From the NCBI GenBank assembly GCA_012523535.1, contig JAAYII010000131.1:1-24773 (forward strand): a DNA stretch of 24,773 bases, read 5' to 3'. The position numbers and the translations under genes were made by a program. Positions 1 to 8,178 of the stretch are shown here, in pieces. The notes below the pieces were generated by a model that saw only the letters and a program-made list of their open reading frames with translations, did not search any database and had not been told where the DNA came from. The stretch comes from Peptococcaceae bacterium (lineage in GTDB: Bacteria; Bacillota; Desulfitobacteriia; Desulfitobacteriales; Syntrophobotulaceae). Position 1 is the first letter of the stretch. Each line of letters begins with the position of its first letter.

Positions 1-808
1 ATGTCATGCCGACATTTTGCAGGACCCGCAAATGGGTTAAATAGTTGTCGGAAAAAGTCATCCAAAATCTTATCTGTTTTACACCTTTAATGTTAACGGC
101 TAATGATTCAAGTTCTTCGTGGTAAAGTAAGTAAATATTCCGAGGACCGATCTCTTCTAAGTCATATACTGTTCGAACGGCCAGAGGCTCGGTTTCAATC
201 CATTGACCGTCCTTATAATAACGGCCTTTAGCCGTGACCTCCCGGATATTGATTTCAGGATTAAAATTGGTGGCAAAGGGATATCCATGGTCTCCGTCAT
301 TGGCATCAACAATATCGATCTTGTGAATTTCATCAAAATAATGCTTTTGAGCATAAGCGCAGAAAACCCCTGTCACTCCTGGGTCAAAGCCGCTTCCTAA
401 TAAAGCCGTTATTCCGGCCTTAGCATATTTCTCCCTATAAGCCCATTGCCATTTATATTCAAACTTGGCTACATCAGGCGGTTCATAATTTGCAGTATCC
501 AAATAATGCACACCGGTTGCCAGGCAGGCATCCATAATGGTTAAATCCTGGTATGGAAGCGCCACATTAATTACGATATCCGGCTTAAAATCTTCGATAA
601 GCTTAATTACTTCTTCCGTGTTATTGGCATCAAGCTGAGCGATTCTAATCTTTGTACGGCTATTGGTTAATCTATCTTTAATGTCCTGGCATTTTTTTAA
701 AGTTCGGCTGGCTACGCATATTTCCTCAAAAACTTCCGGGACTTGGCAACATTTATGGGCTACTACATTAGCTACCCCACCGGCTCCAATAATTAATGCT
801 TTTCCCAT
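1..808 (-). CDS. Saccharopine dehydrogenase family protein, likely carboxy(nor)spermidine dehydrogenase/synthase; 3' end runs off the window
   Basis: Not in the ORF track because there is no stop in the window. Hand translation from ATG 808 (SD GGGGGG upstream) gives MGKALIIGAGGVASVVAHKCCQVPEVFEEICVASRT...DIVINVALPYQDLTIMDACLATGVHYLDTANYEP...LLGSGFDPGVTGVFSAYAQKHYFDEIH...HGYPFATNFNPEINIRE...LLYHEELESL. The GAGGV Rossmann motif and the YLDTANYE, GSGFDPG and FATNFNPEINIRE blocks are typical of this family. Confidence 0.88.
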   Translation of the reverse strand, partial: MGKALIIGAGGVANVVAHKCCQVPEVFEEICVASRTLKKCQDIKDRLTNSRTKIRIAQLDANNTEEVIKLIEDFKPDIVINVALPYQDLTIMDACLATGVHYLDTANYEPPDVAKFEYKWQWAYREKYAKAGITALLGSGFDPGVTGVFCAYAQKHYFDEIHKIDIVDANDGDHGYPFATNFNPEINIREVTAKGRYYKDGQWIETEPLAVRTVYDLEEIGPRNIYLLYHEELESLAVNIKGVKQIRFWMTFSDNYLTHLRVLQNVGMT

Positions 809-849
809 TATATTCCCCCCATTTACCTTTTTCGAAATCCATAAAGTTG

Positions 850-878
850 ATTATAAATAATATTTAACATATTAGCAA
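850..878 (-). promoter_or_regulatory. Sigma-A/70-like promoter for the dehydrogenase gene
   Basis: Minus strand TTGCTA (878-873), 17 nt spacer, TATAAT (855-850), about 40 nt upstream of ATG 808. Confidence 0.6.
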
Positions 879-904
879 TCTAATTCGACAAATTTCGTTC
901 TTGG

Positions 905-940
905 AAAAAGAGCACCGTCGGATTCCAACGGTGCCCTTTT
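905..940. terminator. Intrinsic terminator after the ABC operon
   Basis: AAAAGAGCACCGT-cggattcca-ACGGTGCCCTTTT: GCACCGT/ACGGTGC stem with A/T tracts on both sides, 11 nt after the stop at 952. Confidence 0.8.
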
Positions 941-951
941 CAAGTAATGAT

Positions 952-2040
952 TTAAAAGGCGTTAAGCATATCCGATAAAACATTTACTGTTCTGGAACTG
1001 ATTAAATTTACCATTAAAGAGTTGTCTTTAACTGCGTAATAAGCATCACCCTCTTGGTTTGAAGAACCGATAGTCAAAGTAAATGCAGCATTCACAGACT
1101 TATCGTCTTTCTCATCCAAATAATTAACTGTAAGGATTATGGCCGGTTCAATTATTCCATATTCAGCTAAGGCTTGCTGGTCAGGTTTATATTCTATACT
1201 TTTTTCAAAAGAGAGCCAGGATAACCTTTGCAACAGATTGGACAATAAGCCTTCGGGACTTGTTTTATCGTCGTTTGAGGCTGCTTCCGGGGTTATCGTC
1301 AACTTCTTAATGGTTTTGCCTTCTTTCATAACACTTAAGACATACTTGACAGCTTTTTCTTTACTTTCCTGATCTGAGTTTTCTGCACTTTCTTCCTCTA
1401 CAGCATTTTGGGTGCTGTCATCTTTCTCCACTACTATGGTTTTATCCTGGGACACTAATCGGAGAGAAGTGATGTTTTCTTCACTCAAACTTGGAAATGT
1501 CTCCAATTCGGCCAGATCATACAAAGAATACTGAAGGTATTTGACAAATGTTGAGGATATGGTATGCACTAACTTGCCATCTTTTTCCATGGCATAGTAA
1601 TTTTTGGTACTCCCGCCTTCAGCTTTATCGCCGACAAGCAAAGTAAAAGTTTTGCCTTCCTTATCAGTGGCGGTTAAAGAACAGGAAGGACTATCGAAAC
1701 CATAGGATGACAAGCTTTCGCTGGGCTGGAAGGAACGTTCAGCAGTCAAGTAATCCAAATCACTAATAAACGACTTAAACTTGTTTTGATCCACCGGAAA
1801 ATCCGGATCCTGCAAATAAACCCAAGCATTTTCCTTGAGCTGGAAAGAAAATTCTCCTTCCCTGTTATTTATGGTCACACTCTCAATCTGCTCTAAATTA
1901 CATAAGCGTACTTTTTCTTCGGCGGCTTTTTTCTGCTCCTCAGCATGTTTATTATAGGCCCTAATGCCCAGGTAACCCCCAATACAAATTACAAGCAGCA
2001 AGAGCAATACGATTATCTGCCTATTTTTTCTCTTGTTCAT
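952..2040 (-). CDS. DUF4340-like membrane-anchored extracellular protein (ABC operon accessory)
   Basis: Start reassigned to ATG 2040 (MNKRKNRQIIVLLLLLVICIGGYLG), which overlaps the upstream TGA by 1 nt (TGATG). Basic N-terminus plus one hydrophobic anchor, then two repeats of a ...YG...P...LT....LLVG/LTIG.....YYA.......VHTI/VNLI-type unit. The position after a GldG-like gene fits DUF4340. Confidence 0.75.
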   Translation of the reverse strand: MNKRKNRQIIVLLLLLVICIGGYLGIRAYNKHAEEQKKAAEEKVRLCNLEQIESVTINNREGEFSFQLKENAWVYLQDPDFPVDQNKFKSFISDLDYLTAERSFQPSESLSSYGFDSPSCSLTATDKEGKTFTLLVGDKAEGGSTKNYYAMEKDGKLVHTISSTFVKYLQYSLYDLAELETFPSLSEENITSLRLVSQDKTIVVEKDDSTQNAVEEESAENSDQESKEKAVKYVLSVMKEGKTIKKLTITPEAASNDDKTSPEGLLSNLLQRLSWLSFEKSIEYKPDQQALAEYGIIEPAIILTVNYLDEKDDKSVNAAFTLTIGSSNQEGDAYYAVKDNSLMVNLISSRTVNVLSDMLNAF

Positions 2041-3443
2041 CACAGTTTCCTCCTCTTCAGCCAGTACATAAATCCTCCTACCAGCAGAATAAGCGGAATT
2101 ATAAAGATGAACAAAATACTCCAAAGCTTGGCATTTTTAATAGTATTATAAGGTGTATCCAGACTCTTGGGTTGAATGACTATATTGCTTATATCCTTTA
2201 GATCTAAGGAAACTGCCTTCATAAAAATATCCAGATTGACAACATTGGCAAAGGAATCGGTAATAGTCGGATCAATCATAGATGAAGCTGTTATTACGGT
2301 TAGCCGGGAGGTATTCTCTTCCTCCTCTTCACTGCCTATTTTTTCTACTGCGGTTGCACCAATAGTATAAGTGCCCGGAACCTTCTCATTATCAGTAACG
2401 GCAAAAGCATTATCCGAGGTGGTCATAAAGGATTCTGTAGTTATGGAATCTCGTTCGGGATCCTTGAGGATTAGTCCTCTGGCCCGGGGGATTAAAGCCA
2501 TGGCAGCAGCGGCGAAACCGGAAGTGATTTCACTGCTGGTCGAAATTTTGGGCAAAAGGAAATATGGAGATTGATAGCTTCTGGAAGTATCCGCAACAAA
2601 ACCCTCCACCATTTCCATTCCATATTCAGCCAATAGTGTATTGAAATTTTTTAAGCTGTCTGAGTCGAGTAGAAGCAGCAGTTTTCCTCCGCCTTGCAGG
2701 AAATTTCTGAGCATGGTGAGCTCATCAACCGCCAGATCCTTTTCTGGGGCATATGAGATAAGCAAGTCGCAATCATCTGGGATACCGCCATCAATCAGCA
2801 GATTAACAGTATCGGTCTTAATATTTGCTTTATCAATGAGATTTAAGGCAGAGACCGGCAAAGTAGCTTCCCCATGCCCTTCCAAGGTATAAACTTTGGT
2901 GGTGGAATCCTTAACTACATAATCCACCGCGCTGGTTATCTGTCCTTCGGCGTCAAACTCGGTTTCCGTATATCTCCCGGTAGTATAGTAGGAATATACG
3001 TCATAAACGACAATATCTGAAAAAGGAACATTGGTATGCTTGCCGGTTTCCTGGCAGCGCACCACCAATGAGTTTTGGGAAATGTTGTAAGTTTTAAGAA
3101 TTGTGGGATTTTCTACCGGATCGACTTCTGTAACAGTAATTTTGGGAGTGAGGGCTGCATACTTATCCAAAAATTTGGTAATCCGTTCATCAATAGTGTT
3201 TTGTTCGGCAACGACAATAATCTCTACTTCTTTATCGAGTTTCGCCAGGTAATCCTTTGAAATCTGGGAAATAGTATAAAGTTTACTATCTGTTATATCC
3301 AATTGAACTAAATTGGATGGAAGCTGCCCCACAATTAAATTTAGAATAATAACAATAGCAATGACAATCGCGGTTGTCCCGGCGGCATAAGTACCTTGAC
3401 GGGATGCACCTTCCGTCAGTCGCTGTTTAAATCTTTGCTTCAT
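2040..3443 (-). CDS. GldG-like ABC transporter auxiliary component (ABC_transp_aux/GIFT-type domain)
   Basis: 467 aa with N- and C-terminal TM helices. Motifs LDITDSKLYTIS, EVDPVENP, FDAEGQITSAV, KVYTLEGHGE, P.DCDLLI..PEKDL, GGKLLLLLD and C-terminal IPLILLVGGFMYWLKRRKL. Confidence 0.85.
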   Translation of the reverse strand: MKQRFKQRLTEGASRQGTYAAGTTAIVIAIVIILNLIVGQLPSNLVQLDITDSKLYTISQISKDYLAKLDKEVEIIVVAEQNTIDERITKFLDKYAALTPKITVTEVDPVENPTILKTYNISQNSLVVRCQETGKHTNVPFSDIVVYDVYSYYTTGRYTETEFDAEGQITSAVDYVVKDSTTKVYTLEGHGEATLPVSALNLIDKANIKTDTVNLLIDGGIPDDCDLLISYAPEKDLAVDELTMLRNFLQGGGKLLLLLDSDSLKNFNTLLAEYGMEMVEGFVADTSRSYQSPYFLLPKISTSSEITSGFAAAAMALIPRARGLILKDPERDSITTESFMTTSDNAFAVTDNEKVPGTYTIGATAVEKIGSEEEEENTSRLTVITASSMIDPTITDSFANVVNLDIFMKAVSLDLKDISNIVIQPKSLDTPYNTIKNAKLWSILFIFIIPLILLVGGFMYWLKRRKL

Positions 3444-3455
3444 ATCATTACCCCC

Positions 3456-4322
3456 TCAATTCCAACGCCGTCTTTGAACGGCTTGTACCGTCAAATACAC
3501 GAAAAGTGCTGTGCAAGAAATGTAGAAAAACAGTCCGGCCAAATCAAAAACATGATAGGTGGCAAAGTTTTCCAAGACTTTAGTACAAGATAGAGAACCC
3601 AAAACCCTAGGCAGCAACCGAACAAAAGAATCTTCGGTCAAGAGGTAACTGCCAAAAATCGCAACAATTCCGACTGCCTCCACTAATATGGCTAATAGTT
3701 TATTTTTTGTCATGCTATACAGCAAAAATACCAGAATGGTAAGAATCATCACTAATCCAACCACTGTTCCCCAGGCCGAAGTAGGCAAATAGCTAATGAG
3801 CTGAGGCCAGAGAAAAAGAATCAGAAGCAGACCGAAAGTGCTGACAGCGGCAATTATTTGGCTCTCGGTAAGAGAAGAAACAAACATACCTATGGCTATA
3901 AACAAGCAACCCAAGAAGAAAAAAGCTAAAATAGTTGCGTAATCCGTGCCTAAATAGGAAGTGCCGTTCAAAGCAATGATTATGGGGCACAGGGCAGCCA
4001 GCAGAATAGGGATTGCAAATACTGTCACCATAGCCAAATACTTGCCCAATACTATCTTGGTCACGGAAATAGGATAGGTCAATAACATTTGGTCTGTTTT
4101 AAACCGTAATTCGTCAGATAGGGATTTCATGGTCAAAATAGGGATAGCAACCAGAAGAATAAAGGTAACGCTTCCCAGGGTATTGGAAAAACGTGGGTAA
4201 CCGCCAACCAGATTGTTAGCCATAAAGTAAATACCGATAATAGCAACGACAACGGCAATAAATACATAACCAATCATGGAATTAAAATAAGAGCGTAATT
4301 CTCGTTTATAGACAGCTAGCAT
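3456..4322 (-). CDS. ABC-2 type permease (GldF-like)
   Basis: MLAVYKRELRSYFNSMIGYVFIA, LTMKSLSDELRFKTDQMLLTYPISVTKIVLGKYLA, FVSSLTESQIIAAV; multiple TM segments; start overlaps the ATPase stop. Confidence 0.9.
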   Translation of the reverse strand: MLAVYKRELRSYFNSMIGYVFIAVVVAIIGIYFMANNLVGGYPRFSNTLGSVTFILLVAIPILTMKSLSDELRFKTDQMLLTYPISVTKIVLGKYLAMVTVFAIPILLAALCPIIIALNGTSYLGTDYATILAFFFLGCLFIAIGMFVSSLTESQIIAAVSTFGLLLILFLWPQLISYLPTSAWGTVVGLVMILTILVFLLYSMTKNKLLAILVEAVGIVAIFGSYLLTEDSFVRLLPRVLGSLSCTKVLENFATYHVFDLAGLFFYISCTALFVYLTVQAVQRRRWN

Positions 4323-5314
4323 GACTTCTTCACCTCTTGCTTATCAAATTGCTTGAAGAAAGAGCTGCCCGGTTGCTTGACTTCATCGGCAGTCAAGGAC
4401 AGGAAGATTTGTTCCAAAGACATATCCAGTCCCCGCAGGGTTAGGATGGGACATTTTTGTTCAACACAGGCATAAAATATGTCATCCCTAGGATCTGAAT
4501 CCGGTTCAACTTCAATCTTAAAAGAAACCTGCCCCGGTTGATCATTTGTGTACTCCTCAACCGATATTATGCCGGGCACACCAACCAGCACTTCTTTAAC
4601 CTGTTCCGAAGATGTGCTTCTTACTGTCAAATCCAATGTAGTGTTCTTTACCTGCCGTTCCAACTCCTCCGGGGTTCCGCTAGCCAGTAGCTTGCCATGA
4701 TGAATAATGAGCACGTGATCACAGACCTCTTGAACTTCAGAAAGAATATGGGAGCTAAAAATTACTATATGCTCTTGTCTTAACCCCCGTATAAGATCCC
4801 TTATTTCCAAAATTTGCTTGGGATCAAGGCCAACAGTGGGTTCGTCCAGAATAATGATTTCCGGGAAACCTAGAATAGCTTGGGCTAACCCCACCCTTTG
4901 GCGATAGCCTTTCGAAAGATTGCGAATCAGACGTCCGGTTGCATCCTGCAAATGGGTGAACTCCACAGCCTTTTGAATTTCACTCTTTTGACGTTCTTTG
5001 GGTATTTTCTTTAATTCAGCGGCAAAGGTCAAATATTCCGAAACAGTCATGTCTATATAAAGTGGTGGCTGTTCAGGCAGATAACCAATAAAACGTTTGA
5101 CCTCTTCAGGCTCTTCCAGTATGCTGTGGCCATCCACTATCACATCTCCTGAGGTTGGTCCCAGATAGCCGGTCATAATATTCATTGTAGTTGTTTTCCC
5201 AGCCCCGTTCGGTCCCAAAAAACCGTAAACACGGCCTTTTTCTGCAGTAAAACTTAAATTGTCTACGGCTAAGCGATCGCCATAGCGTTTGACCAGATTT
5301 CGAACCTCAATCAA
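4316..5314 (-). CDS. ABC transporter ATP-binding protein (GldA/CcmA-like exporter family)
   Basis: TTG start with SD AGGGGG. Walker A GPNGAGKT, signature LSKGYRQRVGLAQA, Walker B/D-loop IIILDEPTVGLDP, H-loop SSHIL, and a C-terminal extension ending in SLEQIFLSLT. Confidence 0.95.
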   Translation of the reverse strand: MIEVRNLVKRYGDRLAVDNLSFTAEKGRVYGFLGPNGAGKTTTMNIMTGYLGPTSGDVIVDGHSILEEPEEVKRFIGYLPEQPPLYIDMTVSEYLTFAAELKKIPKERQKSEIQKAVEFTHLQDATGRLIRNLSKGYRQRVGLAQAILGFPEIIILDEPTVGLDPKQILEIRDLIRGLRQEHIVIFSSHILSEVQEVCDHVLIIHHGKLLASGTPEELERQVKNTTLDLTVRSTSSEQVKEVLVGVPGIISVEEYTNDQPGQVSFKIEVEPDSDPRDDIFYACVEQKCPILTLRGLDMSLEQIFLSLTADEVKQPGSSFFKQFDKQEVKKSC

Positions 5315-5391
5315 AGTTGTATCCCCCTTTTTACCTATTTTAACAAGGCGTAGTATATGGAAAAAAACTTAAAGTTAGCTGAAAACAAAGA

Positions 5392-5413
5392 ACCGTGAAA
5401 CTTTGTCCACGGT
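5392..5413 (-). terminator. Probable terminator after the phosphofructokinase gene
   Basis: ACCGTG/CACGGT stem followed on the minus strand by TCTTTGTTTT. Confidence 0.5.
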
Positions 5414-5568
5414 AATTTTACGTCCTTTTTCTCTAATCCAAAAGCCACTTTTATATAGATAGAATACCATGGGAACAAAAAACTGTTCAAGTATCAGACT
5501 TGGCTAATCAAAAAATCTTACCTTATTTTTCCTGGACTTAATAGAATTATTCTTTGTTATTTCCCGAT

Positions 5569-6786
5569 TTAGGTCTTGATTAATTTGGGCACGCGAGGCG
5601 CCCTTAACCAGGATGGCTGTTGCAGCCCAGAACCCAGTAGCGGGCGAACATATAATTTAAAAGCATCGGTGACATTATTCCCTTCTTTATTAATAAATTC
5701 GTCGGGCATATACCTGGTTTGGCCGGCTATCGCATTAAAGTCTTCCATTACATAATCAACGGAATAATTGCCTGTCCGCTTGATGGTTACCGAACCATCC
5801 GTATCATTCCACATAGCCATCTGCACTGCCCTTTCTCCCACTTCCCGCGCTTCATGTTGGTCAATGTCAGAAACACAATTAAAGAAAGAACGCTGCAAAT
5901 AACCAAAGGTATCGCTACGCACCCTGGGAATATTAAGTTTCACTTTAATCTGATCGGTCAATAATTCACCCAGAGCGCAATTGCCGGAAAGACTCACATT
6001 GCCATGGGCATCCTTCTCCACTTCTTTGGTTAAGGTGGTGACAATAGGCCTTCCTGAAGCATCTTTTACTCCCTCGGAAACGGCAATAATACAAAAACCA
6101 TATTTATCATAAACCTCTTTTACATCTTGAAGAAACTTATCCATATTGAATACTCTTTCCGGCAGATAAATCAAATGCGGACCATCAGCATCATATTTTC
6201 GGGCGATGGCGGAAGATGCCGTCAAAAAGCCGGCATGACGTCCCATAACGACACCGATGTATACCCCGGGCAAAGCTCGGACATCAAGATTTATACCCAT
6301 AAAAGCCTGGGTTACAAATCTGGCCGCCGAACCGTATCCCGGCGTATGGTCATTCATCATTAAATCATTGTCAATTGTTTTAGGCACATGGATAACCCTT
6401 AGATTATATTTTGCCCGTATAGCTTCTTCTTTGACAATACGGGCCGTATCTGCGGAATCATTGCCCCCAATATAGAAGAAATATCTAATATCATGGGCTT
6501 TCAAAACCTTGAAAATCTCATGGCAATATTTGCTGTCCGGTTTCACCCTGGAAGACAACAATGCGGAAGAAGGTGTTAAGGCTACCTGTTCCAGGTTATG
6601 GCTGGTTTCTTGGGTCAGATCGAGAAAATCCTCATTAACAATACCCTCTACCCCTCTTAACGCACCATATACCTTAGACACCTGAGTAAACCTTCGAGCT
6701 TCCAGAACGATTCCAGCCAAAGTTTGGTTTATTACCGCAGTAGGTCCTCCGCTTTGAGCAACCAGAATTTTACCGCTGACTATCAT
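5569..6786 (-). CDS. pfp: Phosphofructokinase family A, predicted pyrophosphate-dependent (PPi:fructose-6-phosphate 1-phosphotransferase)
   Basis: AQSGGPTAVIN, IGGNDS (Asp at the E. coli G104-equivalent position), PKTIDND (Lys at the G124-equivalent position), MGRHAGFL, VSEG and RSDTFGYLQR. The Asp/Lys pair is the established PPi-specificity signature. Confidence 0.85.
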   Translation of the reverse strand: MIVSGKILVAQSGGPTAVINQTLAGIVLEARRFTQVSKVYGALRGVEGIVNEDFLDLTQETSHNLEQVALTPSSALLSSRVKPDSKYCHEIFKVLKAHDIRYFFYIGGNDSADTARIVKEEAIRAKYNLRVIHVPKTIDNDLMMNDHTPGYGSAARFVTQAFMGINLDVRALPGVYIGVVMGRHAGFLTASSAIARKYDADGPHLIYLPERVFNMDKFLQDVKEVYDKYGFCIIAVSEGVKDASGRPIVTTLTKEVEKDAHGNVSLSGNCALGELLTDQIKVKLNIPRVRSDTFGYLQRSFFNCVSDIDQHEAREVGERAVQMAMWNDTDGSVTIKRTGNYSVDYVMEDFNAIAGQTRYMPDEFINKEGNNVTDAFKLYVRPLLGSGLQQPSWLRAPRVPKLIKT

Positions 6787-6799
6787 TTTACCCCTCCAT

Positions 6800-6829
6800 C
6801 ATTGTTCCCTTTTATGCTACATTGTTCCC
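6800..6829. repeat. Two exact 10-bp direct repeats, CATTGTTCCC, with 20-bp period upstream of pfp
   Basis: Copies at 6800-6809 and 6820-6829, just 5' of the pfp SD (GGAGGGG). Confidence 0.75.
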
Positions 6830-6955
6830 AATTGAGGTATAAATAAACGGAGAGATAAAAATAACTTGCCAAGTTTTTTTGTATATGTTTATTCATACAA
6901 AAATTGAACAAATATTTTTTGCAAATGACCCCAAAACATATGCATTATCCACGTA

Positions 6956-6983
6956 TTGACAAATATGCCAAAGCATATAAGAT
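6956..6983 (+). promoter_or_regulatory. Sigma-A-like promoter of the SDR gene with an inverted repeat in the spacer
   Basis: TTGACA (6956-6961), 16 nt, TAAGAT (6978-6983). ATATGC-caaa-GCATAT (6963-6978) fills the spacer. Confidence 0.6.
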
Positions 6984-7046
6984 TAAACTGTATGATTAAA
7001 AATTCCCCACAGACAGCAGACAAAGAAAGTAGAGGAGGATTTTATC

Positions 7047-7862
7047 ATGAAGGATATGCTGAAGGGACAAGTTGCCATAGTTACCGGCGGTTCTAGCGGC
7101 ATGGGAGAAGCTACGGCCAAACTGTTTGCAAGCGAAGGGGCCGTTGTTGTTATTGGCGGTTCACGGGTTGAACGGGCGCAAAGGGTTGCGGATGAAATAA
7201 CGGCGGCCGGTGGCATTGCCCGCGTTTACGGTCCAATGGATGTTTCCAAAAAAGAACAGATTCATGCCGTTGTTAATGCTACACTTCAAGAATTTGGAAA
7301 AATAGATATTTTGGCGGCCTTCGCCGGCAAAACTTTTGACGGTGGAGATATGTCGGAAGAAGAACTATTAGATAAGACCATTGACGTCAATTTAATTGGT
7401 ACTTATAATACAGTTTTTGCGGTAGTTCCTCATATGAAAGAACGCAAATCCGGAAAAATTATTATTTGTTCTTCCAATGGCGCTTTTAATCCCACCACTC
7501 CGGCTTATGTTTATCATATGTCAAAGGGCGCCTGCGAATCCTTGACTGTAAACTTGGCTTTGGATGTTGCTCCACTTGGGATCCGTGTCAACTGTATTAA
7601 ACCCGGACCAATAGTTACCCCCTTCTGGGATGAATTAATGGACTCCAAGGATGAGCAGAATAAGTTGCTGGAAAATATCGGGAAACTGGAAGTACCTATG
7701 GGCCGGCCCGGTACTCCTGAAGATGTGGCAGGAGTTGCTTTGTTCTTCGCTTCTGAGCTGTCTTCATACGTAACAGGCCTTTGCATGTATGTAGCCGGCG
7801 GTATGGGGTATGTCTACTCTCATGGTCAATCTTTCTTCTTAAGCAATATGAATAAAGAATAA
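7047..7862 (+). CDS. Short-chain dehydrogenase/reductase (classical SDR)
   Basis: SD AGAGGAGG. TGGSSGMG cofactor motif, catalytic Ser in CSSNG, YHMSK (YxxxK), GIRVNCIKPGPIVT, and PMGRPGTPEDVAGVALFFASELSSYVTG. Confidence 0.93.
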   Translation: MKDMLKGQVAIVTGGSSGMGEATAKLFASEGAVVVIGGSRVERAQRVADEITAAGGIARVYGPMDVSKKEQIHAVVNATLQEFGKIDILAAFAGKTFDGGDMSEEELLDKTIDVNLIGTYNTVFAVVPHMKERKSGKIIICSSNGAFNPTTPAYVYHMSKGACESLTVNLALDVAPLGIRVNCIKPGPIVTPFWDELMDSKDEQNKLLENIGKLEVPMGRPGTPEDVAGVALFFASELSSYVTGLCMYVAGGMGYVYSHGQSFFLSNMNKE

Positions 7863-7911
7863 AAATTGGCTTGGATACCTTTTAAACGAATTGTTAATTA
7901 ACCTAAGATTT

Positions 7912-7949
7912 AAAAGAAGATGTCTTCAACTGCGAAGGCATCTTCTTTT
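7912..7949. terminator. Intrinsic terminator after the SDR gene
   Basis: AAAAGAAGATGTCTTC-aactgc-GAAGGCATCTTCTTTT: long near-perfect stem with T tracts on both strands. Confidence 0.85.
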
Positions 7950-8104
7950 GTCATTAAACTTGTCCCAATACTTTCAATTTAAATTCAAAAGCTCTTGTTG
8001 TTCATGATATAGTAAATATAGGAAAATTCTCTTTTTGTATTTCTTATATTATTGTTTTTTGCTGTTATGGATTAATGATATAAAACTTATAAATCAATTG
8101 TTAT

Positions 8105-8130
8105 TTGACATAATTTACATAAAATGTAAA
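8105..8130 (+). promoter_or_regulatory. Candidate promoter/operator of the trehalose synthase gene
   Basis: TTGACA at 8105-8110 followed by the perfect inverted repeat TTTACAT-aaa-ATGTAAA (8114-8130). The -10 box is weak. Confidence 0.5.
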
Positions 8131-8178
8131 ACTAGAAGTAATTCTACTTTTTTGTCAGCCAGAACTAAGGGGGGAAAT

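Noticed and set aside
952-2124. Track start at 2124 for the DUF4340-like gene
   Set aside because: The extra 28 codons lie inside the upstream GldG-like gene. ATG 2040 gives a proper signal/anchor N-terminus and TGATG coupling.
5352-5380. Promoter and operator for the ABC operon (TATACT with AACTT-A-AAGTT)
   Set aside because: No credible -35 at proper spacing, and the short palindrome is expected by chance in AT-rich DNA.
8035-8178. TTG-started N-terminal extension of the TPS ORF
   Set aside because: It covers promoter-like AT-rich DNA. The SD and family homology begin at ATG 8179/8182.
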